Assembly: GCA_965225945.1 (NCBI GenBank)
Contig: CBDDBZ010000038.1
Location: 498,658 to 562,657, forward strand
DNA from: Alphaproteobacteria bacterium
Lineage (GTDB): Bacteria > Pseudomonadota > Alphaproteobacteria > GCA-2731375
DNA length: 64,000 bases
Direction: 5' to 3'
The notes beneath the pieces are model-generated. The model was not told the origin of the DNA. It did no database searches and saw only the letters and a program-made list of their open reading frames with translations. Positions 40,935 through 49,777 of this stretch are shown here, piece by piece. Position 1 is the stretch's first letter. Each line of letters begins with the position of its first letter. The position numbers were made by a program, and so were the translations under genes.

Positions 40935-41837
40935 TCAATCCGTCGCCATATGCTCCGCCATCCAGGCGACGGACATGTCGAAGATTTTCTTCCAAAGCGC
41001 GTCTCGGTAGATGTCATAGTGGACGGCGCCCGGAATAACCCATAGCTTCTTCGGCTCCCCGGCGCGGTCATGCATATCCACCACATCGTCGGCCGGCGTC
41101 ACCGCGTCCAGCTCGGCGGCGATGAACATGATGGCCCTCGGCGATATCTGCTCCACCACCTCCACCGGCTTGAACTCCAAGAGCTTTTCGGCGCTCGCCA
41201 GGGAATAATCGGTGCTTATAGCGTTTTCCATTCCCGCGATGTTCCTGGTGACCTCCTCCCTGACCCGGGCGGCCGCCGGGTCCCCGACCAAAATCCCGCC
41301 GAATTGCCCCATGAGCTCGGACGTGCCCGTCGTGACACGCGCCTTGCGGTCGGCCTCGATGCGCCGCAGCAGATCGAGCCACTCGCCCTGGCGTCGGATG
41401 CCGCGCATCCAACGCCGGCCGTCTCCAAAGCCCGCCACGGCGACCGCGCATTTCACCCGCGCGTCCACGCCCGCGACGTAAGGCACCATGCCGGCGCCGA
41501 AGCTGTAACCCAACAGGGCCAAGCGGTCGGGATCGACCAGCGGATTGGTCTCGAGAAACGTCAGTCCATTTCTGATGTCGTTCGACTGCTCCAATGGATA
41601 GAGCCGTCCCGGCTCGCCTTCGCTTTCGCCCACCCCACGGTAGTCCCAAATCAATGCCACATAGCCCAGTTCGGCCAGGCGCCGGGCAATGGTGGGGAAC
41701 CAGAAATACTCCTTCACCCCGATCATGCCCTGGCACAGAACCACGCCCGGACAAGAGCCCTCGCCCGCCGCTTCGGGCTCGAAGAGAACCCCGGCGATTT
41801 GAACGCCGTCGCTGTTGAACCTGACTGCTCGCTCCAC
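40935..41837 (-). CDS. Alpha/beta hydrolase
   Basis: DYRGVGESEG, GYSFG and PGAVHY motifs. Confidence 0.88.
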   Translation of the reverse strand: MERAVRFNSDGVQIAGVLFEPEAAGEGSCPGVVLCQGMIGVKEYFWFPTIARRLAELGYVALIWDYRGVGESEGEPGRLYPLEQSNDIRNGLTFLETNPLVDPDRLALLGYSFGAGMVPYVAGVDARVKCAVAVAGFGDGRRWMRGIRRQGEWLDLLRRIEADRKARVTTGTSELMGQFGGILVGDPAAARVREEVTRNIAGMENAISTDYSLASAEKLLEFKPVEVVEQISPRAIMFIAAELDAVTPADDVVDMHDRAGEPKKLWVIPGAVHYDIYRDALWKKIFDMSVAWMAEHMATD

Positions 41838-41900
41838 GTCATCACCTCCCGCTGCATGGCCAACGACGATTTCAGGGTACGGTGCTCCGATGTTTCGGCG

Positions 41901-42154
41901 TCACTTGCGCGCCGTCACGGCCCGTTCCAGAGCCTCACGGATAAACCGCTGGTAAGGAATTCCACGCCGCCTTGCGTGCTCTTTCAGCGCATCTAGCAGG
42001 GGCTGCGGTAGGCGCATATTGACCCGTGCATTCTTTTCTCGAACTCGAAGCGTACCGGCTCCACGCCGGCAAGGTCGTAGTCGGAAAGGTCGGCGGTATC
42101 GACGAAGCGCTCGGCTTCCCGGTCGGTCTCAAAGGCCGGGATTTTCTTCTTCAT
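41901..42154 (-). pseudogene. BrnA/CopG-family antitoxin with a 1-bp deletion
   Basis: MKKKIPAFETDREAERFVDTADLSDYD..FEFEK, shifting to NARVNMRLPQPLLDALK..GIPYQRFIREALE*. Confidence 0.8.
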
Positions 42155-42365
42155 AGCTGTCGATCTCCTTCTGATGCATGTAGCGGCCCACATCGGTTCT
42201 TCCGATTGCCCGCAAGCGTTCCTCGGTGTTCGAGTGGTCCGTGTCGGGCAAGATCAGGATGGGCCGCGCAAACAACCCCTCGATCTCGTCGACGGAAATG
42301 CCGTGCTTCTGGCATTTGGCCCGGTTCCCGCTATCCCAATCAAAACCTGAAACAAATGTACTCAT
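42129..42365 (-). pseudogene. BrnT-family toxin with a probable internal in-frame deletion
   Basis: FDWDSGNRAKCQKHGIS..EIE..F and HS..EER..AIG motifs; GRY joined directly to MHQKE, lacking the usual beta-strand/RPISA segment. Confidence 0.7.
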
Positions 42366-42372
42366 TCAACTT

Positions 42373-42392
42373 GTACATACTTTTGTATATAC
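42373..42392. promoter_or_regulatory. Palindromic operator upstream of brnTA
   Basis: GTACATAC-TTTT-GTATATAC imperfect inverted repeat. Confidence 0.55.
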
Positions 42393-42582
42393 GTTTGTCA
42401 ACGGTTCTCTTTGCGATGCTGGCTTGTTTGCCAGCTTCGAATGGATCGCCCTCGCCCCTACCCGACATCCGTTCCGATGTCCGAGCCTTTCCCCCTGATA
42501 AACCCGAGCGAACTCCGGGCATGCCGCCATTCGCGACACCGCCCACAGCTCGAATTCCCGCCTGAAACGCCGCCTCCCGTCG

Positions 42583-43479
42583 CTATTCCCCACGCTCGAT
42601 CCAGTCGGCGACGAGGCGGTGGCTGATCGAATCCTCGGGCGGTAGGATCAGCTCGCCGGAGGCCGTCTGCTCGGCGATCTCGTCGCGGGTGTACCATGCG
42701 GCGGCGACGATCTCCTCGCCGTCGACCCGGATCTCGGTGCTGCTCGCGGCCGCGGTGAAGCCCACCATCAACGAGCAGGGGAAGGGCCAGGGCTGCGAGG
42801 AGTGGTAGCGCACCTCGTCGACTTCGATCCCCACCTCCTCCAGAGTCTCGCGGCGGACCGCGTCCTCCAGCATCTCGCCGATCTCGACGAAGCCGGCGAT
42901 GGTCGAGCGCCGGTTGACCGGCCAGACCCCGCGCCGCGCCAGTAGGCATCTGGGCCCGTCGGTCACCAGCGTGATCACCGCCGGATCGGTCCGGGGGAAG
43001 TGCATCCGCCCGCAGTCTTCGCTTCCGCAGCGGCGTATGTGGCCCGCCCGCTCCGAGCGTGTGGCCGAGCCGCAGGCGCCGCAGAAGCCGTGCGTGCCAT
43101 GCCAATGCACCAGGCCGCGGGCATAGGCCAGCACGGCGGCGTCGCGCCGGGACATGGAGAGAGCCACATCGCGAAGGTCGTGGAATTCGTGCTCCGCCAG
43201 CCCGAGACCGGTGGGATCGTCGAGCGGCAAGGCGAAGCGGGCCACGCCACCGTCGATGCCGAGCAGGATCAGTTGCTCCACCTCGATGTCGCCGAGCCGC
43301 GCCAGCGCCACCGTGCCCGGTCGCGACGGCTCGTCCGCCGCCACCAGGCAGCGTCCGCGCCATACCGGGTGGATCCGGGTTTCCGGCTCGCTCAGCCGCG
43401 TCGCCAGCCACGCGACGTCGATCCGCCGCGCGTCGGCCCGATCGAAGTTGCCGTCGGCGTAATAGTTCTCGATCGCCAT
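42583..43479 (-). CDS. nudC: NAD(H) diphosphatase NudC
   Basis: FCGACG Zn ribbon, FPRTDPAVI, Nudix box AGFVE.GE.LEDAVRRETLEEVG and SQPWPFP. Confidence 0.93.
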   Translation of the reverse strand: MAIENYYADGNFDRADARRIDVAWLATRLSEPETRIHPVWRGRCLVAADEPSRPGTVALARLGDIEVEQLILLGIDGGVARFALPLDDPTGLGLAEHEFHDLRDVALSMSRRDAAVLAYARGLVHWHGTHGFCGACGSATRSERAGHIRRCGSEDCGRMHFPRTDPAVITLVTDGPRCLLARRGVWPVNRRSTIAGFVEIGEMLEDAVRRETLEEVGIEVDEVRYHSSQPWPFPCSLMVGFTAAASSTEIRVDGEEIVAAAWYTRDEIAEQTASGELILPPEDSISHRLVADWIERGE

Positions 43480-43486
43480 CCGTGCC

Positions 43487-44905
43487 TCACGCCGCGGTTT
43501 GGGCGAGGGGGGCCACGAGGTCGCCGGCGCGGTGGTCCTCGAGCCTCGATATCGCCACCTCCAGCGCGTCGATCGCGGCGGCCGGCAGCAGCTCCGCCAA
43601 CAGCCCTCGCGCCTTGGCGCGGAGCGCCGTCGCACGCTCCGGATTGGTGGCGGCGCCGGAGGGGTCGTGGACATGGATCCGCCTCGGCCCCCCGGCCGCC
43701 TCGATCTCGACCCAGCCGCAGAAGTTTGCCGGATAGACCTCGTCGAGCGCTGCATCGTGCACCAGGCGCATCGCCCGGGCGCGGCGCAGCAGGTCCGGGT
43801 CGGCCAGCTTCTCGGGCGTGAACTGCGGCGGCAGGACCTGGCCGTCGGCGAGCGCGGCGGCGATGCAGTAGCGCGCGCTCATCTGGGCGTTGAGCTCGGT
43901 GCCGGGCGTGTAGTCGTAGCCACATTGCACTTCGACCACCTTGGCGAGACCGGCGGTGACGGCGAGCTCGGCCGCGGGCGGGCCGCCCAACTCACGCCTG
44001 AGTTGGAGCGCCGCGTCGATATAGGCGTGCAGGCTGCCGCAGCAGGAATAGGGCTTGAAGGCGGTATCGTCCAAGCGCCAGGCCCACCCCAGGCCGGCGG
44101 TCAGCGCGTCTGCGTGGGTGACGTCGGAGAAGGCGGCGAGGAAGCCGCCGTCCGCCGCCTCGTAGAGTTGCGTCGGGCCGCTGACGCCCCTGGCCGCGAG
44201 CTGAACGGCGGTCACGCCGGCGCGGGCCGCGAAGCCGGGGTGCAGCCGCTTGCTCATCGTGCCGTCGGCGTTGAAGGCGAAGAGGCCGGCGCCCTGGGTG
44301 CCCGCGAGGCCGAGCGCCCAGGCGCACCGCTCGCCATCCAGGCCGAGCAGCACCGCGCCCGCCGCCGCCGCGCCCAAGGGGCCGCAGACGCCGGTCAGGT
44401 GCCAGCCCCTGAGGCGCGCCACCGAGGGGTCGAGGGCGAGGCCGGTGCGGATCATGACCTCGTAGCCGGCGGCGATCGCCGTCTCGAGCAAGGCGCCCGG
44501 CGCGTCGTGGGCTTCCGCGAGCGCCAAGGCCGCCGGGATCACCACCGCGCCCGGGTGCAGCTTGGCGTTGTGGAAATCGTCGAGCTCGAAGGCGTGCGCG
44601 GCGACGGCGTTGGCCATGGCGGCGTCGGCCGGGCGCCGGTCACGCCTCGCCTCGCCCCAGAGCGTGGCCAGGCGGTGCGTGCCGGGCGCCGGCGGATAGT
44701 CGTCGAGCCAGTCGCGGACGGCGCCCGACCAGGCCCGCTCGCGCCCGTGGCGCCCGGCGGCCAGCGTGTCGAACAGCGCTAGGCGGATCGCCTCGCGGCT
44801 TCGCGCCGGCAGATGCTCCGGCCGCAATCCGGCGAGCCACGCGGCGATTCGGCGGGTCGGCGCCTCATCGGTGGCGGGTATGGCGGCGATCTCGGACGTG
44901 CTCAT
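43487..44905 (-). CDS. MmgE/PrpD family protein
   Basis: AHAFELDDFH..HPG and FKPYSCC motifs. Confidence 0.9.
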   Translation of the reverse strand: MSTSEIAAIPATDEAPTRRIAAWLAGLRPEHLPARSREAIRLALFDTLAAGRHGRERAWSGAVRDWLDDYPPAPGTHRLATLWGEARRDRRPADAAMANAVAAHAFELDDFHNAKLHPGAVVIPAALALAEAHDAPGALLETAIAAGYEVMIRTGLALDPSVARLRGWHLTGVCGPLGAAAAGAVLLGLDGERCAWALGLAGTQGAGLFAFNADGTMSKRLHPGFAARAGVTAVQLAARGVSGPTQLYEAADGGFLAAFSDVTHADALTAGLGWAWRLDDTAFKPYSCCGSLHAYIDAALQLRRELGGPPAAELAVTAGLAKVVEVQCGYDYTPGTELNAQMSARYCIAAALADGQVLPPQFTPEKLADPDLLRRARAMRLVHDAALDEVYPANFCGWVEIEAAGGPRRIHVHDPSGAATNPERATALRAKARGLLAELLPAAAIDALEVAISRLEDHRAGDLVAPLAQTAA

Positions 44906-46209
44906 GGCCTATCATCTCGCGTGGCCGCGGCGCGGAAGTCGCGCCAGCGATAGGGAATCAGCGCCAGCCGGGCCAGCGGCACCGCCAGATCATGGAACGG
45001 CAGGCTCTTCGGCCGGTCGCGCGGTATCGGCATCTCGTCGTCCGCCAAGCCATGGACGCGGGCCGCCAGCAGCTTACCCATCGCGGTCGCGAGGGCGATT
45101 CCGCGCCCATTGTAGCCCAGTCCGGCGAAAAGGCCGGGGGCCGGCTCGAAATAGCGCGGCAGGCGGTCCATGGTCATCGCCACCTTGCCGTCCCAGACAT
45201 ATTCGATTTCGACGTCGCCGGCCTGCGGAAAGGTCCGCCGGATCCGCGCCGCCACCGCGCGGGCCGCCCGCTCGCGGGAGAAGGCGGGGATCACGTGGTC
45301 GCCGCCGGTGATCAGCCGGCCCTCGCGGTCGTAGCGGAACGGCCAGAGCACGGCGCGGCTGTCGGAGAGGCTCTGGCGGCCGGGCAGGATGGTCCGGCGG
45401 AGGTTGTCGCCGAGCGGGCGGGTGGCGCCCAGGAACAGGCGGAAGGGCACCACGTTCTTCTCCAGGCCGGGATAGAGCCGGCCGCTATAGGCATTGGTCG
45501 CCAGGATCACCGCGTCGGCCTCGACCACGCCCCGGGGCGTCTCCACCCGCCAGCCGCCGCCCCGCCGCGCGAGGCGGGTCGCGGGGGAGGCACCGTGGAC
45601 TCGGGCGCCGGCCGCGATTACCGCCCGGGCCAGCCCCCGGGCATAGCTCAAGGGTTGGATGTTGCCGCCCCGCTCGTGCAGCCAGGCACCGTAATAGACC
45701 TCGCTTCCCACCATCTCTCGGGTGGCGTCGCGGTCGAGCATGCGGACCTTGGCGCCGCGGGCCGCCCATTGATCGTGGCGGCCGCGCACCAGGGCCTCGC
45801 GGGCGGGCGAGTCGATCGGCATCAGCCAGCCGACTTGCAGCCCGTCGCAGTCGATCTCGTGTTCGCGGATCAGCTCGAACACCAGTTCGGCGGAGCCGGC
45901 GATCCAGGCGTTCATCCGCTCGCCCCGCTCTGGCCCCAGGCGGGCCACCAGATCGTCCGGGCCGTGCGCGCCGAGCGCCGGGATCACCTGGCCGTGGTTG
46001 CGGCCGGAGGCGCCGAAGCCCGGTTGCTCGGCTTCCAGGACGACGACGTCGCTGCCCGCCAGAGCCAGATGCAGGGCCGCGGAAAGGCCGGTATAGCCGG
46101 CGCCGACGACGACGACGTCGGCGCGGCGTTCGCCGGCGAGCGGCGGGGTCTCGGGCGCCGGGCTCGCCGTTGCCGCCCAGAGGCTCGATCTAATCGCCGA
46201 TGTAGCCAC
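44902..46209 (-). CDS. FAD-dependent oxidoreductase (DAO/PuuB-like)
   Basis: VVGAGYTGLS, GASGRNHG and GYNGRG motifs. Confidence 0.9.
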   Translation of the reverse strand: MATSAIRSSLWAATASPAPETPPLAGERRADVVVVGAGYTGLSAALHLALAGSDVVVLEAEQPGFGASGRNHGQVIPALGAHGPDDLVARLGPERGERMNAWIAGSAELVFELIREHEIDCDGLQVGWLMPIDSPAREALVRGRHDQWAARGAKVRMLDRDATREMVGSEVYYGAWLHERGGNIQPLSYARGLARAVIAAGARVHGASPATRLARRGGGWRVETPRGVVEADAVILATNAYSGRLYPGLEKNVVPFRLFLGATRPLGDNLRRTILPGRQSLSDSRAVLWPFRYDREGRLITGGDHVIPAFSRERAARAVAARIRRTFPQAGDVEIEYVWDGKVAMTMDRLPRYFEPAPGLFAGLGYNGRGIALATAMGKLLAARVHGLADDEMPIPRDRPKSLPFHDLAVPLARLALIPYRWRDFRAAATRDDRP

Positions 46210-46257
46210 GTTGCCTCCCCCGGGCCGCCTCCCCCCGCCGCGCCGACCGTGGCGCAA

Positions 46258-46525
46258 TTAGAGCACTTTTCGACCAGGTTGAAACGTTTGACCGGGATGA
46301 TTTTGGGTCGTGGCGGCGTTCCGCTCGCGACGACGATGCGGGGTATCGGTAGCTGAGCGGAACGCCGCCACGGCGCGAAAGAACCCGGCCGTCGGTGGGC
46401 CAAATCGGCCCCTGGGGTGCGCCCGGCCGCTTGCCCGATGAACCCACATCGCGCGGCGCGGCGCGCCTGCCCCAGGGGCCGATTTGGCCCATCAAACGAT
46501 TCAACCTGATCGGAAAGTGCTCTAA
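46258..46525. mobile_element. 268-bp MITE/RIME-like intergenic element
   Basis: About 34-bp imperfect TIRs TTAGAGCACTTTTCGACCAGGTTGAA / TTCAACCTGATCGGAAAGTGCTCTAA; internal perfect inverted repeat 46396-46416 / 46471-46491. Confidence 0.75.
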
Positions 46526-46662
46526 GCCGGCTTATCGAAGGCCTGTCCAGTATCGAGGCGAGGCCGCCCCGATCTCGCCTGCTATACTCGGTGTCTGAGC
46601 AAAACGTCGCCAGCGGTGACTTTCGAGTCCGAGGTCGGAGAACCAAAGATAACGGAGACGGA

Positions 46663-48312
46663 ATGATCGATTTTCGCACCAGCCCGGATCGCTGGCGCCA
46701 TTGGAGGCTGGAGGTCGACGGCGCCGTCGCGCGCCTGGCGCTGGATGTGGCGGAGGACGGTGGCCTCGCCGAGGGCTACGACTTGAAGCTCAATACCTAC
46801 GACCTGGGCGTCGACATCGAGTTGCACGACGCGGTGCAGCGCCTTCGCTTCGAGCATCCGGAAGTCAAGGTCGTCGTCATCGCCTCGGGCAAGGAGCGGG
46901 TGTTCTCGGCCGGCGCCAACATCCGCATGCTGGCCGCGAGCGACCATGCGCACAAGGTCAACTTCTGCAAGTTCACCAACGAGACGCGGAATGCAATCGA
47001 GCAGGCGAGCGCGGCCTCGGGTCAGACCTATATCTGCGAGATCGCCGGTTCGGCGATGGGCGGCGGCTACGAGCTGGCGCTCGCCTGCGACGAAATCGTC
47101 ATGGTCGACGACGGCGCCACCTCCGTGGCGCTGCCGGAAGTGGCGTTGCTGGGCGTGTTGCCGGGCACCGGCGGGCTGACCCGGCTGGTCGACAAGCGCA
47201 AGGTCCGGCGCGACCGGGCGGATTTCTTCTGCACGCTGGAGGAGGGGATCCGGGGCGAGCGCGCGGCCGAGTGGCGCCTGGTCGATGCGGTCGCGCCCCG
47301 CAGCCGCCTGGAGGAGGTGATGGCGGCGCGTATCGCCCGGGCGGCTACGCGCTCCGACCGGCCCGACGCGGGCCAGGGCATCGCGCTCCGCCCGCTCGCG
47401 CGCCGAGAAAACGGCGGCGATCTGGAATACGCCCACCTCGGCGTCCGGGTCGATGCCGAGGCACGGACGGCGGAATTCCGCGTCATGGGCCCCGAGACGG
47501 CAGCGCCGGAGAGCACCGAGGCGATGGAAAAGGCGGGGGTCGACTTCTGGCCCCTGGCGCTCGCGCGCGAAATGGACGACGCGATCCTGCACCTCCGCCT
47601 CAATCGCCCGGAGATCGGCCTCTGGCTGATCAGATGCGAGGGCGAGGGGGATCTGGTGGCGGCCCATGACGCCTTCCTCGCCGAGCATGGCACGCATTGG
47701 CTCGCCCGCGAGATCACCCTCTTCTGGGGCCGGGTGCTGAAGCGGCTCGACGTCTCGGCCCGCTCGCTCTTCGCCCTGGTGGAGCCGGGGAGTTGCTTCA
47801 CAGGGATGCTGCTCGAATTGGTGCTGGCCGCGGACCGGAGCTACATGCTCGACGGCGGCTTCGAGGGCGATAACCGGCCGCCCGCGACGCTCCGCCTCGG
47901 GGCCGCGAACTTCGGCGCCTATCCCGGCGTCAACGGCCTCTCCCGGCTCGAAACCCGCTTTCTCGACGACGCCGAGGCGCTCGCCGCCGCGCGCGCGGGC
48001 GTAGGCCGCGAGCTCGAGGCGGCGGCGGCGGACGCCCTCGGCCTCGTCACCTTCGCCCCCGACGATATCGACTGGGAGGACGAGGTCAGGGTAGCCGTCG
48101 AGGAACGCGCCGCCTTCTCGCCCGATGCGCTGACGGGGATGGAGGCGAGCCTGCGCTTTCCCGGCCCGGAAACCATGGAATCGAAGATATTCGCCCGCCT
48201 GTCGGCCTGGCAGAACTGGATCTTCCAGCGGCCGAACGCGGTCGGCGAGGCGGGCGCGCTCTCGCTCTACGGCACCGGCCGGCGCGCCGAGTTCGATATG
48301 AAGAGGACCTGA
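46663..48312 (+). CDS. boxC: 2,3-epoxybenzoyl-CoA dihydrolase BoxC
   Basis: LKLNTYDLGVDIELHDAVQRLRFEHP, HAHKVNFCKFTNETR and RLSAWQNWIFQRPNA motifs. Confidence 0.93.
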   Translation: MIDFRTSPDRWRHWRLEVDGAVARLALDVAEDGGLAEGYDLKLNTYDLGVDIELHDAVQRLRFEHPEVKVVVIASGKERVFSAGANIRMLAASDHAHKVNFCKFTNETRNAIEQASAASGQTYICEIAGSAMGGGYELALACDEIVMVDDGATSVALPEVALLGVLPGTGGLTRLVDKRKVRRDRADFFCTLEEGIRGERAAEWRLVDAVAPRSRLEEVMAARIARAATRSDRPDAGQGIALRPLARRENGGDLEYAHLGVRVDAEARTAEFRVMGPETAAPESTEAMEKAGVDFWPLALAREMDDAILHLRLNRPEIGLWLIRCEGEGDLVAAHDAFLAEHGTHWLAREITLFWGRVLKRLDVSARSLFALVEPGSCFTGMLLELVLAADRSYMLDGGFEGDNRPPATLRLGAANFGAYPGVNGLSRLETRFLDDAEALAAARAGVGRELEAAAADALGLVTFAPDDIDWEDEVRVAVEERAAFSPDALTGMEASLRFPGPETMESKIFARLSAWQNWIFQRPNAVGEAGALSLYGTGRRAEFDMKRT

Positions 48313-48316
48313 CGAC

Positions 48317-49729
48317 ATGGGTATCGATTACCAGGAGCGGATCCCCAACAACGTCGATCTCTCGGAAAATCGCCGACTGCAACGGGCGCTCGAGGCCTGG
48401 CAGCCCGGCTTCCAGTCCTGGTGGCGCGAGATGGGGCCGGAGCAGTTCCAGGACAAGGAGATTTACCTGCGCACCGCGATCAGCGTGGAGAGCGACGGTT
48501 GGGCGAATTTTGGTCATGTCCTGATGCCGGACTATCGCTGGGGGATTTTTCTTAGCCCGGCGGAGGAGGATCGGAGGGTGAATTTCGGCGGCGACATCGG
48601 CAAGCCCGCCTGGCATGAGGTTCCGGGGGAGCTGCGCGCAACGCTCCGCCGCCTGATCGTCACCCAGGGCGATACCGAGCCCGCGTCGGTCGAGCAGCAG
48701 CGCCACCTCGGCCATACCTGCCCCTCGCTCTACGATCTCAGGAACCTGTTTCAGGTCAACGTGGAGGAGGGCCGCCACCTCTGGGCGATGGTCTATCTGC
48801 TGCACGCCCACTTCGGTCGCGACGGCCGGGAGGAAGCCGACGCGATGTTGCAGCGCCGCTCCGGCGATCCCGACCATCCGCGCATCCTGGGGGCCTTCAA
48901 CGAGAAGACGCCGGACTGGCTCTCCTTCTTCATGTTCACCTATTTTACCGATCGCGACGGCAAGTATCAGCTCGCCAGCCTGGCGGAGAGCGGCTTCGAT
49001 CCGCTGTCGCGGACCTGCCGCTTCATGCTGACCGAGGAAGCCCACCACATGTTCGTCGGCGAGACCGGCGTCGGCCGGGTGGTGCGGCGGACCGCCGAGC
49101 TGATGCGCGAGCACGACACCGACGACGTCCGTCCCTTCGGCGCGATCGATCTGGCGACGTTGCAGCGTAGCCTCAACTTCCACTTCTCGATCTCGGTCGA
49201 CCTGTTCGGCTCGGAGCTGTCGAGCAACGCGGCGAACTACTACACCATGGGCATCAAGGGCCGCTATCGGGAGACCCGGATCGCGGACGACCATCGGCTA
49301 CGCGACGACCGCTACCCGGTGATCGTCCAGGAGGGCGAGCGGCTGGTGACGCGCGAGGAAGGCGCGCTCGCCGCCATCAACGAGCGGCTGCGCGACGACT
49401 ACGTCAAGGATTGCGACCGCGGCGTGCAGCGTTGGAACAAGGTGCTGCGCGAGCATGGCATCGAGGTCGAGTTGAAGCTGCCGCACCGCGCCTTCAACCG
49501 CAAGATCGGCGCCTTCGCCGATCTCCACGTCACGCCCGAGGGCGACATCGTCTCGGAAGAGGCGTGGCGGGCCGGCGCGCGGGACTGGCTGCCGACGGCG
49601 GAGGACGAGGCCTTCGTCGTCTCGCTGATGCACGGGGTCTGGGAGCCCGGCAAGTTCGCCAACTGGATCGCCCCGCCGCCCCGCGGAATCAACGGTCAAC
49701 CAATCGAATTCGACTACGTTAGATTGTAA
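48317..49729 (+). CDS. boxB: Benzoyl-CoA 2,3-epoxidase subunit BoxB
   Basis: IPNNVDL, TQGDTEPASVEQQ, EEGRH and EEAHH diiron motifs. Confidence 0.95.
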   Translation: MGIDYQERIPNNVDLSENRRLQRALEAWQPGFQSWWREMGPEQFQDKEIYLRTAISVESDGWANFGHVLMPDYRWGIFLSPAEEDRRVNFGGDIGKPAWHEVPGELRATLRRLIVTQGDTEPASVEQQRHLGHTCPSLYDLRNLFQVNVEEGRHLWAMVYLLHAHFGRDGREEADAMLQRRSGDPDHPRILGAFNEKTPDWLSFFMFTYFTDRDGKYQLASLAESGFDPLSRTCRFMLTEEAHHMFVGETGVGRVVRRTAELMREHDTDDVRPFGAIDLATLQRSLNFHFSISVDLFGSELSSNAANYYTMGIKGRYRETRIADDHRLRDDRYPVIVQEGERLVTREEGALAAINERLRDDYVKDCDRGVQRWNKVLREHGIEVELKLPHRAFNRKIGAFADLHVTPEGDIVSEEAWRAGARDWLPTAEDEAFVVSLMHGVWEPGKFANWIAPPPRGINGQPIEFDYVRL

Positions 49730-49777
49730 GATACTTTGCCGCTACCCGCCGGCGGCGAGGCAATGGAGAGGTGCGCG

